A stretch of DNA of 63,922 bases, counting the filler, from Octopus bimaculoides (Eukaryota), in assembly GCF_001194135.2 (NCBI RefSeq). It is 3 parts of 3 records of this genome, joined end to end, with 100 filler letters (N's around TTAATTAATTAA, not from the genome) between each part and the next. Parts side by side here need not be neighbours in the genome. Positions count along the whole stretch, not along the records: positions 1 to 17,197 come from NC_068986.1; positions 17,298 to 33,183 come from NC_068983.1; 1 more part is not named here. One strand, written 5' to 3'. The notes under the pieces are model-generated. The model was not told the DNA's origin. It ran no database searches and saw only the letters and a list, made by a program, of their open reading frames with translations. The translations under genes and the position numbers were made by a program. Positions 11,693 through 25,595 of the stretch are shown here, piece by piece. Numbering within the stretch: position 1 is the first letter of the stretch; the number at the start of each line of letters is the position of its first letter.

Positions 11693-13186
11693 TTACAACA
11701 CATAAAGAAACATAACGACGGTAGAGGCAAGTGTGCACCTACTTATAGTGACGATTTCCATTTAGAACGAATGTTGTGATATCGCCTCCTTTGGCTTTCT
11801 CCCTTCATACGTCCCAATAAACTCTGAAATTATTTAAAACTGAGAGAAATAAGGGGCAAAACAAAGACGATTTTATGGATTTCTTCTCCGTAAGGTTAAT
11901 ACATAAATGCATTTGTGTGAATCCTGACAAGGATGTAAAAAATAAGGTTCATCTTGATCATCTGCTATACTGTAACCATGGCCACCACCTGTACAAGAAA
12001 TAGTGTTAGGTAAAACCACCACTTCCATGACCATCACTATCACGAGCTCACTACTGCTCAACACTTGAACTACATGCTGTCAATAGTAAATGATGCCATC
12101 ACCAAATCTTCTGCAACTCTTACGTAGAACACTGCCCGAACCTCTCCTGTAAAATGACTACTACCTCTGCTCTATGTCATCGGTGCATACTATCACACCT
12201 ACTGCCACACTCTGCACAACGCCGTCATCCACACAACTGCCTATACAACCACCATCATCACAACCATGTACCGTGATATATACTACAACCAACATCGCCG
12301 CCATATTCTACCATCTATAATACAACCCCCATCACCATTTTCTACACAGCTGATGCCCACCACACTAAGCACTACCCCGCACACCATCACTAATCAATGG
12401 TCACAATAGAATTACCACCACTATGTACTACCACCTCAACACATCACCGCCACTTTAAACCACCACACAACTATCTCTACTACACCCCCTGCATCCCCTT
12501 CACACCATCGTGTCTATCACAACAACCAGCAATCTAAGTCTATTTTAGAAATGACAACTATAATTAGAAATTGATCTGTGGCGAATTGCCAATAAAATAA
12601 TGTTTGATTGATCTGTATATGGTTACAGGTGATCGATATTGTTATCATTGGTCAGTGTGAAATTAAATCTCAGAGGTCAAGCTTTTGACCGTTTGACCTA
12701 GTACCTTTGACCTCTTCAAGATTAAGTACTTTATTTCTGATGTTGATTTAAAAACACGTCAGCCGTCATTTCTTGTTAGTGTACTTTGTTTGGGATTAAT
12801 GATAAAAAAATTATTTAGTCCGGGGAGAACAGGGATGAGTCTCAAAATACTTTGTTTATAGTCATTGCATTCAAATGTAAAAAGAAATCGCTTTACAGCC
12901 ACGTGAATCTAATTGTAGACACATGATTCAATTTCTGTGAATCTGCATTACATGGTAGAAACAACAGCTAATTTTCATTCAGCCCGACTAACACACTCTA
13001 CTATGCATTATAAAACAAACACGCCTATGAGAAAAGAAAATCATTGAAATGCATGCTGAATGAATGTTTTTTTTTTAATGGATTTTCCTCTTAGGTGTGT
13101 ATTGGACAAACGGATGACAAGGAAACAGACAACAAAAAGTATACATACGTGTGTATAGGAGAACTAGGAAGAAATNNNNNNNNNNA

Positions 13187-13187
13187 T

Positions 13188-13224
<37 letters not shown>

Positions 13225-13242
13225 TAGGTAGATAGAAAGATC

Positions 13243-13290
<48 letters not shown>

Positions 13291-13393
13291 CATACAAACA
13301 TACATACATACATATATACATATACACACATACATGCAAACATGCATACATACATACATACATACATACATACATACATACGTACATACATAC
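13187..13393. repeat. Compound (GA)n-(GATA)n-(CATA)n microsatellite
   Basis: Direct reading. Confidence 0.95.
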
Positions 13394-14047
13394 ATTCTCC
13401 ACGTGTATTTAGTGAAAATTCACACATGATGGAACCGAGTAGAAAAACATATTCTCACGCGAGCGAGAGTGAGAAAGTAAGGAGCACGTCGAGAATGAGC
13501 TAGACATATTCACAAGCGTATGAGCGTCTGGAAACTTTAAAAGCAGTTGATTCTGCACCAAGATGAAATTTGAAATTTCAACTTTCAGACTGCAAAGCAT
13601 GTTCATACAATAAAGAATTATTCCTCACGGTCCAAGAGACTACAGATCCTTGCATAAATATAATAATTTATCAGTTGAAATAATTATAAATATACTAAAT
13701 ATAGCAGGGAATTGCTGCAAAGACCTTCGTTGGAGTATTCTATTGAACTATAATGAAAGTGACGAGAGGATGGTGACAACAAATTGATTTCTGTTAAAAT
13801 TGTCAGAATACAACCTACAGGAGAGTATGTTTTTGTTAGAAGCCAATCTGTTCTTCAGGCAATGTTAAGATTCTCTGGAAATTAGAAACTCTGAAGACGA
13901 TAACTACACAAGCACCTGTATGAGTGCGTTTATATACATATATATTTATATATATATATAAAGAGAGAGAGAGAGAGAGGGAGAGGGAGGAAGGGAAGAG
14001 AGACACAGATAGATATGTACATATATACATACATCTCTCTCTTTCTT

Positions 14048-14078
<31 letters not shown>

Positions 14079-17000
14079 TTATGTGTGTGTGTGTGAGTGT
14101 GTGCGCGGGTGTGTATGTATGTATGAGCGTATGTATATATATTCGTGTTTCAGAAACAATGTGTAAGAGTTGACATGTCTGTGTGAGTCCAGACTAATTT
14201 AACAGGCCAAGTATCCAGTGTTAGGTTTAATCAATATTTAAGTAATTACTTAATGGACTGCCACTTTAACGAACCAATCAAGTTTTATGTATATATATTC
14301 GTGTTTCAGAAACAATGTGTAAGAGTTGACATGTCTGTGTGAGTCCAGACTAATTTAACAGGCCAAGTATCCAGTGTTAGGTTTAATCAATATTTAAGTA
14401 ATTACTTAATGGANNNNNNNNNNNNNNNNNNNNNNNNNNNNNNNNNNNNNNNNNNNNNNNNNNNNNNNNNNNNNNNNNNNNNNNNNNNNNNNNNNNNNNN
14501 NNNNNNNNNNNNNNNNNNNNNNNNNNNNNNNNNNNNNNNNNNNNNNNNNNNNNNNNNNNNNNNNNNNNNNNNNNNNNNNNNNNNNNNNNNNNNNNNNNNN
14601 NNNNNNNNNNNNNNNNNNNNNNNNNNNNNNNNNNNNNNNNNNNNNNNNNNNNNNNNNNNNNNNNNNNNNNNNNNNNNNNNNNNNNNNNNNNNNNNNNNNN
14701 NNNNNNNNNNNNNNNNNNNNNNNNNNNNNNNNNNNNNNNNNNNNNNNNNNNNNNNNNNNNNNNNNNNNNNNNNNNNNNNNNNNNNNNNNNNNNNNNNNNN
14801 NNNNNNNNNNNNNNNNNNNNNNNNNNNNNNNNNNNNNNNNNNNNNNNNNNNNNNNNNNNNNNNNNNNNNNNNNNNNNNNNNNNNNNNNNNNNNNNNNNNN
14901 NNNNNNNNNNNNNNNNNNNNNNNNNNNNNNNNNNNNNNNNNNNNNNNNNNNATATATATATATATATACATGTGTATATTCTTCGTGCAACGTCTTCTTT
15001 TACATTAAGAATGCCATTGATTTTTTAACTCTTTTTTCGTAAGTTTGATAACGTTTTTAAAAGTTTTACAAATGTATGGTATACATACGTATGAGTGTGT
15101 TTGTGTGTCTGATTATCTGTGCTTGTGTGTGTGTGTGTGTGTGTGTGTACGTATACACACCTGTATGCATATGTATTCATGTATATTTATTGTGCTTCAT
15201 TGTTATTTGCCCCAAATTTTTTTTTCTCATACTGGGCCATGGTTATCTTGGAATTACGCATAATGCATAGAATGAAAATATGTACAACTTTGTATTGATG
15301 AAATTAATTTATGAGCTATGGAGTTCCAATTGCAATGCTATTGCACAATCCAACAATAAACGCCTTCATCGCCACCCATCTAATCAAACGTTTAAACAGT
15401 ATGGATCACTCTCGCAATGGTCGTTCATGAATTTGACCTGATTTACATTTAACAATGTCATGCGTCTCCACAGCAGAACATAAATGAAAGCTGTCCGACT
15501 CATTCATATGTAAATAAAGTCCGCTTAATAGTTTTGAATTCCGAGACAATCATTCAAACAAATTTGTGGTTGTTGAACCTCGTCTTAAATCCTGTCCTAA
15601 CATCCCCTGATGTAGCACCAAAAGTTTCCGTGTGTCCGACAAAACGTTTAGCTAATATATTTGTACTGAGTCATTGGTTATTCAAATGTCATTTTTGTCT
15701 ATACATACAGCTGTATAATCGGCTTGTCCTTACAAGCCACGTCAGCTCTTCTTATTATTTTTCTAAACTTATTAGGAAGAAATATAAGACAAATAATGGA
15801 CAAATATTTGGTCTATGGCTCTAAAGGTTTTTAATGTTACATAATAAACCAAAATGTTTATATTAGTACATAAATATATGAACCCAAAGTTTTATATAAG
15901 TTTATAAATTTCAGTCCTAACCACGAGGTTAATAAGAAGAATTTTAAGTCTTACAGATTTAAGGGTAGTGTAAGGTGCATGCTTATAGTTACTTCAGAGC
16001 CTTCTACGAATAAGATCATAGATATTGCTATTAGTGTGTCAATACACAAGAATCACATGTTTGCCAATGCTTCTTCATCAGGTTGTTCACTTTCTTTACA
16101 TTTAAATTCTTCCATAACGGGTAACTTTTGAATTTCCTGTTCATTTTCATATTAATTATTAATTAGCATTTTCGTGTCATGAGGATTTGAGGTGGATTAC
16201 ATACAGATTCAAATTTATCTTTCAAGAAGCTATGTTCCTGCAGGCCGGTATTCACAGAAGTGTTGAATGAAGTGGCCTGTTGGATATCTGATTCTACCCT
16301 AAATACACACACACTCGCACACACACGCGCGCGGGCACATACATATATATTTACACTTACATATAGATATACATATGCTTCTGTGTGTGCATATGTGTGC
16401 GTATGTTCGTGTATGTGTTTATAAACAGATATTTAGATAAATACAAATCAATTGACTCTGTAGGAATGAAGTATTAGTAAATAGATTTGTGAAGGAAAAG
16501 TTGAAAAGAAATTAGTATTTCAACTGATAAGTTCTGCAAACCTCACACACACATACCCCCTCCCCACACACACACACATAAACACACGTACACGTACATA
16601 CACATACACACACACACAATCAAAAAGTACAGAGGCAAAGAATCGAGAAAAAGAGAATCTGATATCGAAGTTTAGGTTTTTTGAAAAAAATATCTGCGAA
16701 GTATTTCGCTATTGGTGAGTAAACGAAACAAAATGGCGTCGATGGACATCGTTGCAGATGACAGCAATCTCAACTATTTGAGACCAGCTGTGAAATTCTC
16801 CTTCAGGCGACATTTTTAGCGATGTCGTTCATAGAGGTTCGGTTGTCGCTGCTTATATGTTGACACCAAAATACAAAAAAAAAAAAAAAATCAGAGAACA
16901 CACTGCTTAGATTACAAAGACGATGTCGTCTCTTATATTTCTTTAAGAATCCTCCCAGCGCCATTTTGCGGAGGGATTATTCTACATGGTGCCTTATCGT

Positions 17001-17581
17001 TAGTTATTTAGTTGCTGCCGATGTTGATATTGATGAAGACGATGGAGGAGAGGGGGGGGCGGTGAGGTGATAGTGGTGATGGTGCTTAATATATTAATAC
17101 TCAGCCTCCTTTTTGGTTTCTCTTTCTGCTCTTTGTTGTGCTTCCGATTTTTTTTTTCTTTTTCTAAAGCTTTTCCTATGTCCTGAATCATATACATNNN
17201 NNNNNNNNNNNNNNNNNNNNNNNNNNNNNNNNNNNNNNNNNTTAATTAATTAANNNNNNNNNNNNNNNNNNNNNNNNNNNNNNNNNNNNNNNNNNNNATC
17301 GATTAATTATCAGGGGGCCAGCACATTTAAAGAATCAAAGAGATTCAGAAATATTATCTGCAATCTCAGGGGATTAAGGTACATTTTAAAAATAACGTCG
17401 ACCACTAACGTGGACAATTAATGCGCTAGAAATAGATCACATTTTGTGTCTATTAAGACCTAAAATGTTCTCAACAGGAAATATAGCAGCATACCAAAAA
17501 CGTGAGCGGGCAAGACATTTAAAATCACCTAAAAAAATCATTATTAAACAGGAACTAGGTTTCGGATTTAACAAATTCTTA

Positions 17582-17622
<41 letters not shown>

Positions 17623-18399
17623 TATATAGATAAGTATATATATACATATATACATAGACATGTATATGTATACATAAAAGTATATGTAAATATATTTAGA
17701 TATTTATATGTATATATATATGTGTGTGTGTGTGTGTGCGTATTCAAACAAACAGGCAAGGAGAGAAAGAAAGAGAGAGAATGTGTGTGATAGAGGTAGA
17801 GGTGAAATGTTTTATAACTGAAATTCATTTGGGGTGCCGCTATTCTAAAGTGACACGTTCACTCCTTTACATACCCGGCCGCTATATCAAACACATATAA
17901 ACATTTATTTGTTAAACTACAATCGTTTATGATAAATCCTAAAATAGAATTTATCAAAACTAGTAATAGAAATGTTTCTAAACAAATATAATTCCTTCGA
18001 ATGTTACTCTACAAATTTTATCACAAATTTTCGAATCATAATCGGAGGCGTGTTTGTAGATGGTTCGTAGAGCTGTTTGTTTACCGGTCTAAAGTCTTTG
18101 AAGCATTACGTCTCGCTGTTTTAATATTATCTTTGATCTCCTATCAATGGACCTGTTTATAAAATAGTTACCACAAATTATGGTAACTCGGATTCATTGA
18201 GGGTTACTTCTCCATTAAACAAGAGATCGAGGCCTTGTATTCGGACAGAATTTTCTATCATAACATTCATAGCTGTCAAATAATTTGCCAGCTCTGATCA
18301 AGATGAGGTCCCTGTATAATTTCATGCACTTTTGTAAAGCAATTTCATGTCATGCACGATATTAACAATTTTAAGGAAATCTCTTAGCTAATGATATGA

Positions 18400-18459
<60 letters not shown>

Positions 18460-18475
18460 AACTACTACCACTACT

Positions 18476-18683
18476 TGAAGGCATCAAGGAGAATATAAAG
18501 GAAATTGGAATAGAGTTCCAAGTGGAACTGTTAAAGAAGGTTTGCCTCCTTGACACGGCCAGAATAATCCGAAAATATTAGATAGCTGAAAACAATTGAT
18601 AGCATGGTACCGTAAGCTGCAGGTTGCAAGCTCGTTACGCATGCAAGACTCCAGGAGCTCCAACAAAACCTGGAATAAAGATA

Positions 18684-18735
<52 letters not shown>
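18476..18735 (+). mobile_element. 3' end of an R4/Dong-like LINE with (TAA)n tail
   Basis: LEGIKENIKEIGIEFQVELLKKVCLLDTARIIRKY resembles the QKxCLLGTARIIRK C-terminus of RLE LINEs. A ~100-nt 3' UTR and (TAA)n follow, and (ACT)n precedes it. Confidence 0.7.
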
Positions 18736-18736
<1 letters not shown>

Positions 18737-18894
18737 TGATGATGATGAGGAGGAGGAGGAGGAGGAGGAGGAGGAGGATGATAATAATAATAATTGCCCT
18801 GATGCAATACTAGACAGTGGCTCTCATGGCTACTGATCTTAATTGATTGGAAGTGTTATCATGTACATTGTTTTACCTTGGTATAAAAATATGG

Positions 18895-20190
18895 GCTTCA
18901 GCAAATATTCTGACTGACAGAATCTAACCCACAAAGAACTAACACCAGACCAAATCAATATACTATCCAAAGGGCTCAAATTTACACCCCCTCCAACGAC
19001 GCAACTACAACGAAATGAAAGAAAACGTTGCAGAATTCTGTAGAAAATTACGACTCGCCGAGGAACTATATGACAAATACAACGTGGACGAGTCGTTAGT
19101 CCGAAATAAAAGTAACTACACCCCGTCAAAAGGCAAGAACAAAATTTGTGACCGTTTCTGTCAAGACATCACGATTTACTCATATCAACATATACACAAA
19201 CAAAAATACAAGTCAAACTTCAGCAAAAAAAACGGGCTGAGCTGAACAGATTAAAGAATGATAAATCCATAACAATCAAAAAGGCTGATAAAGGGAGTGC
19301 GGTAGTCTTAATGGACACAGTAAATTTTATATAACCCTAGTAATATTAGTGGAGGCGCAATGGCCCATTCGTTAGGGCAGCGGACTCGCGGTCATAGGAT
19401 CGCGGTTTCGATACCCAGATCGGGCGTTGTGAGTGTTTATTGAGCGAAAACACCTAAAGCTCCACGAGGCGAACCCTGTTGTACTCTTTCACCACAAAAT
19501 TCTCTCTCTCTTACTTCCTGTTTCTGTTGTGCCTGTAATTCAAAGGGTCAGCCTTGTCACACTATGTCACGCTGAATATCCCCGAGAACTACGTTAAGGG
19601 TACACGTGTCTGTGGAGTGCTCAGCCACTTGCACGTTAATTTCACGAGCAGGCTGTTCCGTTGATCGGATCAACTGGAACCCTCGACGTCGTAAGCGACG
19701 GAGTGCCAACAACAACAGTATTATCCATATTAGAAGACACAACATATTATGAAATGTTACGACACTGCAGTCAAAAAATGGGAAACCTAAAAACAATGAT
19801 AAACCTATAGAGAGCATGGCTCACCAACAATGAATACGACTATATCATTAACTTCAAAAATAAATCCAGTCAATTCTACGGTATTCCTAAGATACACAAA
19901 AGGGAAAAAATACGTAACGCATGCCTGGGAGCTACAAATATAAAAGACAAGGTATCTACTTCTAATGACCTCATAATAACAGGCCCCGCATGCGAAACTC
20001 ATTGTCTCAGTAACGTTTTAGACACTCTATACACACTAGAATGAATATCCCTTACAACCTGGCAAAAAGGATGTGTATTATAGTATCAGATACAAGCACC
20101 AGGGACATACAACTAAATGAGCTAAAGGATACACTCATCAGTAGGAACTACTCACCATCACTAATTGAGATAGGCTTTCAACGTGCCATT
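18895..20190 (+). mobile_element. Decayed Penelope-like element, N-terminus and RT fragments, interrupted by a SINE
   Basis: NLTHKELTPDQINILSKGLKFTP; ITIKKADKGSAVVLMDT; SQFYGIPKIHK; ITGPACETHCLSNVLD; thumb region HTRMNIPYNLAKRMCIIVSD. Confidence 0.88.
19351..19717 (+). mobile_element. tRNA-derived SINE (family C) with (AAC)n tail, inserted in the PLE
   Basis: A box TGGCCCATTCG, B box GGTTTCGATACC, (AAC)n tail. Its 3' end recurs at 20192-20266. Confidence 0.8.
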
Positions 20191-20830
20191 TGAACGTTAA
20201 TTTCACGAGCAAGCTGTTCCGTTGATCGTATCAGCTAGGACCCTCAACGTCGTAAGCGACGGAGTGCTTATTCTAATTTTGATATTGCCAACACTGAAAT
20301 ATTCTAACAAACTGTAGAAGACCCTATCCCTATACATTTTAATGTTGTAATGATTTTATTTATTCAACTAAAATCAAAGGAAAATGCAATGATGCTTCAA
20401 CATTCTATTTCTTTTCCATAAATATTTTAAGACATCTGAAAAACATCCGAATTTCTGTTTATGCTATGTAAAAACACCATCAAATCCAGTAGAATATAAA
20501 ACATTGTCAATAAAATCGTGAGTTTCATTCAATCTGGTTGCACTAATATCATGGTTCTATACTTAAGAATACGTTTGTCCAATTATACCGGCAGAAAGCA
20601 GACGAGCTAAGCGTGTTAAGCAAAGTTAAGAGAAGTTAACAGCAAATGAAATTTCAAAGCAACTAAAGTAAAAATAGAGAAACAAAATGAAGAATAATTA
20701 GAATTTAATTTATCTCCTAACGCTGGCAAATGAGGTGGACACCATGTAGAAAAGTCTAAATAGCGTGCAATGTTTTACATTCGAACAAAGGAATTCTCCC
20801 AATCACTCTCTTTCTATGTATGCGTATACA

Positions 20831-20877
<47 letters not shown>

Positions 20878-20892
20878 NNNNNNNNNNATCTT

Positions 20893-20937
<45 letters not shown>

Positions 20938-21837
20938 TTGTGTGTGCGTACGTCTCTGCATGAATATAGATACATACATATACATATATATATACACACA
21001 CACGCACAAAGATATATACATACATATGAATATAAGCATACATGTGTACACTGATACACACATAAATGCAAAGAGACATACATGTATCTAGAAAAGTTAT
21101 GCTTGTATTTAGATTGTTTGTATGTTTATTCGAGACACGGCGACCGAGGAAGTGAAGAAACTCTAAATTCCTGTCCCTCACTGTGTGTATGTGAGCCTGT
21201 GTAAGTGTGTATATTTGAACGTGTGCGTGTGTGTATATGAATAACTGTACATTCATGTGTATGTGCCAGCACGCGATCGTCTGAATGTGCGCATGTGTGT
21301 TCATCTGTGTGTGTGTGTGGATGTGCGCCTGAGTGAAGTTGATCAAATCCAAGTTTATTGGTTTGCATTCTGATGGCTATTGAACTGAGCAGGGTCTTTT
21401 TATTCATTACACAATGCGATTGTAGAAATTCATTTATAAAACCGAAAGTGTTTAGATTACTTCTCTTACAACAATGTTCTAAATAAATGACGATGAATTA
21501 AGTACATTTAGAATACCGGAATTGCAGAATGAAGTCAGTTAAGTGAAAATAACAGGACAACAGCAAAACGTAGACACTTCGCTTATAGAAAATATTATTC
21601 AAGTAGCAGAGCTTTTGTTATGACAAAACCATCTTGTGTCCAATTTGCTGTTTAGTCATTTGTCAAACCTGATCGAGCAGATGCATGATTAAAGTAATTC
21701 CATTTATGACCATCACGCTTTAGAGGAAAGTAAATTATCTAACTTTTACTCTTATTCCTAAAGTAAGATGTTTGAAGGATTTAGTTTTCTATTCGACTGA
21801 AGGACTGTTAGCTCGTGTGGAGTTTGATAATCTAAGG

Positions 21838-22187
21838 CAATCGTTCTTAACTGGGATCTATATGGCCACTGAGGGTCCATATAAGATTTTTGAAGGTACA
21901 AGCAATAAAATAGTAATTGGGGATCCACAAGAGTATTTTAAGGAGCCTTCAAAAAAGTTTGATTTAAATGTACGTATTGGTATGTATTGCAAGAAACAGC
22001 TGAGTTTCTTTCTCGAACATTTTACATAGTTCAACTAAAAAACGTTATTGTGTGAAAAACAAAATGGGTATTTTGAAAGACGTTTCTATAAAACTAGCTT
22101 TTCAACATCGAATGGCTATGGGGTCCATCGGAATAAAATGGTAATCAAAGCAGCCCATAGATTTTTAAAAATGGTTGAGAACCCCTG
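21838..22187. mobile_element. Degenerate hAT-like MITE
   Basis: The right end reads CAGGGGTTCTCAAC on the minus strand, a hAT/Charlie-type TIR. The left end CAATCGTTCTTAAC matches 10/14. Internal GGGTCCA-like motifs recur. No intact TSD. Confidence 0.55.
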
Positions 22188-22554
22188 TGGTATAACCTTT
22201 GATTTTAAGATTATATCACGGACGAAAGAAAACGGCCCGTAAATGTTTCTTGTCACACGCATGTACGTATGTACATACGGAAAAGAAACATACACATGCA
22301 TGTATATATATCGACGACGCCTTTCGGGGTCGATAATAAGGACTGGGGCTGATGTAGTTGACTTAACCCCTTCTAAAATTCCTGTCCTTCCATCATGATT
22401 TGGAGCCATTATTATAGTTCAGGATTTGTGCCCATATCACAAAGTATTATGGTAACAATTCCAATCAAATCAGGTTTTTGAGTTCCTTCCATATTTAATG
22501 CATAATTGTTGAATTCATGCGGAGTCAATGCAAAGAAAACTATATGACCGATAT

Positions 22555-22752
22555 ATTGGTTTCAAATGTCGGTAAAAGGCCAACAATTTCAGAGGAGAAC
22601 ATAAGCCCTGGGATCAACTGGTACTTATTTTATTGAATCCGAAAGGGGTGAAAAGCAAAGTTGACCTCAGCGGAATTTGAACACAGAACGTAAAACCGGA
22701 TGAAATACCGCTAAGAATTTTACCCGGCATGCTAACGATTCTGCTTGTTCGC
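22555..22752 (-). mobile_element. SINE family A copy
   Basis: Reverse complement of the GCAGAATCGTTAGC...TTCAAATTCCGC...GTCGACTTTGC...GTACCAGTT consensus seen more than 12 times in the window. Confidence 0.85.
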
Positions 22753-24961
22753 AGACTTCTTTTATCAATCAATCAATTAATCAATCATTTAATGTATATA
22801 TATATATATATAAATATATATATANNNNNNNNNNNNNNNNNNNNNNNNNNNNNNNNNNNNNNNNNNNNNNNNNNNNNNNNNNNNNNNNNNNNNNGTGATA
22901 CTTGCAAATCTTTACCACAGTGAGGGTATGATTTACTTATGACGCCAAATATAGCAAAACATGTCTAATTATCGTTGAAGGAAATAAGTAAAAATATCAA
23001 TTTTGCGAATATTGTAATTTCTTAATCTTAGCGTATTTCCTCTTGCTTCACCGGACGCTTAAGTATGCTTCAGTGGATATTAAAATAAACTTGCTATTTA
23101 ACCCTCGACCAGCATTTTTCGAAGCATCATCAGTCATTCCAAACGTGATCATTTAATATTTCTCCTCGTCAATCAAACACCGTCCTTCCGTAAGACGGTG
23201 CAGTGTCATTTGACAAATATTTGGTTACGATGTCTAGCAAATCGAGCGACTACATGATTCATGCTGTATTTCATGATGTGGTTCATGTTGTATTTCACTT
23301 CTATGGTTTGTGTTGGCTTTCGTGATATGAGCCGTGACAAAAGCATAGTTTTTAATTTGGCTGTTGTTTCTTGCTGGTCTAGTGGCAGTTTAGAACCACC
23401 CTTCGTCAAGTTGATGAAGATGTTTTTTCCTGATTTGTTTGAAGCACATCTATTTTCCATTTAAACAAATAAACACAAAACCATTGTGTTATAACTAAAA
23501 GTTTCATCACTTAAAGTTAGAGAACAAAAACTCATTAAACGGGAGAAACAATAATTTTGTGTTGCATACCAGCGCGTGGTTATTTCTTTTGTCTCACTGT
23601 TTTAGTTTATTAATTTTCCAAAATCATTTAAGTTTAGCGCAGAATTTTACGCTATCATTATTATGTTCCTTTCAAAATAAAGTCTTTTGTTGTTATCAAA
23701 CTGGGTAGATTACATAGAAATGAATTGCTGGTCTTCTTATTTCAATATTCTGTTCAACGTTGTTTTTCAAAACAATCACTAGAGACTTCAATGAAGGTTT
23801 ATTCTCCCGTCTAATGTATCGATATAATAGTGTGAGGAATTTACAACATTATCACAGATTTTGTTATTCAATGTTTGCGGCAAAAAAATATTCTTCAACA
23901 ACATTTTCCTTATCTTAATATTCTTCAAGAATTTGATATTTCCTAAGGAGAGGCAAGAAGTACAAAAAAATATCAAAGAATTTTTAATAGGTGTATAAAA
24001 TACATTCAAAGAAATTTTTCCTTCAATTTTGATATATCTCAAGTTATTTCCTCTTCTTCCATTTAATTACAAATACAAACATATAATTACGTACGTACAT
24101 ACATACATACGTAAATACATACATACATACATACATACATACATACATACATACATACATACCTACGTATACTTACATACATAAATGTTTAAACATTTTC
24201 ATTCATATTAATGTTTGTTTTTATGTAAAGCTATATATAAAAACAACTGAAGATTAAATTGAGGGATGACTCAATACGTTTTAAGTGGGAATCATGTTTA
24301 TTAATGTTTGCACGGTGAATATTAATAGTGACTTAGAAGTTTCGGATTACTTGTCGTTATCAGACTGTGGTTTTCTTTGGTTTGAAGTCGAATATATAGT
24401 GTTGTTGACAGGGTGTTTCTTTGAATTGTGGAGCGATGTAGGTGAAAATTGGGAGAGGATTAAGTGAATTTGTGGCCAGAAAAGAGAATGGGATGTATTG
24501 GAAGATGGAACAGAGAAACACAAGAACGTATATTGTTCAGCCCCAGTTCAACTGAATGCTTATTGTAGAGGCAGAGGAAGGGATAGCGAAGTCGGGTTTA
24601 ATTTGATGCAATTTCTCTATATTATTAGAACAGAATAATCAATATCTACTATGGCATTTGGTACTTATTGTACTATGTATTGATGAAAGTGAACGTTGTT
24701 TCGTATCTAATATGGACTCAAATGTATTAGGGGTATAACTAAATATCTCAGCACATTTAATACAGCAGCTTATCTTATTCGCCAGTAAATATTACTCCAC
24801 GTTTATTACATCTAAATTCATATCACATGACGAAAGCTCACCTATCATCATATTGAGAAGTACCGAATGTTATAAGCGGTGAAAAGAGAAGTGAAACGAC
24901 TATTACCGAGAATCAAAACCACAAATTGAAGTATCCTTGATGAGATTGTATTTAGATTTAA

Positions 24962-25177
24962 TGCAGCGAACCGGCAGAATCTTAAGCACGCCGGACAAAA
25001 TGTTTAATAACATTCCGCCCGTCTTTACGTTCTGAGTTCAAATTTTGCCATGGTTGAGTTTACCTTTGGTCCTTTCGAGATCGATAACATAAGTACCAGT
25101 CAAGCACTGGGGTTGATATAATCGACTTCCTCACCTCTAGACTTGCTAACCTTGTGCCAAAGTTTGAAACCATTATT
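24962..25177 (+). mobile_element. SINE family A copy
   Basis: GGCAGAATC...TTCTGAGTTCAAATT...AAGTACCAGT...CCTTGTGCC...ATTATT. Confidence 0.85.
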
Positions 25178-25369
25178 TAGAGATATTATACTAACATTTT
25201 GTGAGATAATTTTAACGACTGGCCCCAAACCTTTGCACTTTTTAATTCTACTGAATTAGCTACATAGAGTTCCTACGCTAGAAATTCTCGACACATTTAT
25301 CGAATCATACTTTGCTTTTCAGCAAATTATCATTAGCTCCTGGACTCTACTGTCTGGAATCCCAGGACT

Positions 25370-25595
25370 CATAAGGCCTTTTACACGATTTCCATGTCGT
25401 ATAAGTGACAGGGATGAATGTATTCCCCCTGAACGGGGTGATAGTCCGCTGCAGGGTCAGTCATTTGCAGCAAAGTGGACTGGAACAAAGTGAAAAGGAA
25501 AGTGTTTTTGCTCAAGACACGCCGCTCGGTCCATGAATTCACACCAAGATCTTGCAATCATAAATACAGCATCGTAAACACTAGGCTCTACGGAT
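25370..25595 (-). mobile_element. tRNA-derived SINE (family D); a related plus-strand copy lies at ~57055-57230
   Basis: AAGTGGACTGGAACAAAGTGAAA...TTGCTCAAGACAC is the reverse complement of a GTGTCCTTGAGCAAG...TTCACGTTCCATTAGTCCA-type core seen at 57130-57175. Confidence 0.55.

Noticed and set aside
12040-12530. Thr/His/Pro-rich mucin-like stretch
   Set aside because: Cryptic CAC/CAT/TAC simple sequence with no long ORF in the track; a decayed microsatellite.
14131-14413. Perfect 156-bp-period tandem duplication
   Set aside because: The identical second copy runs straight into a gap, so a contig-end overlap artefact is most likely.
17198-17297. TTAATTAATTAA island between N runs (also 33184-33283)
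   Set aside because: Both are exactly 44 N + 12 nt + 44 N = 100 bp, and the 12-mer gives stops in all six frames. This is an assembly spacer, not biology.
18915-18935. In-frame TGA upstream of the PLE NL motif as selenocysteine
   Set aside because: The copy is heavily decayed with frameshifts, and I see no SECIS evidence.
21764-21979. Apparent 216-nt phase 1-1 coding exon (ORF 21772..22029) with good AG and GTATGT sites
   Set aside because: Two thirds of it lies inside the hAT-like MITE (21838-22187) and no protein family is recognisable. It is probably a chance ORF; RNA-seq could rescue it.
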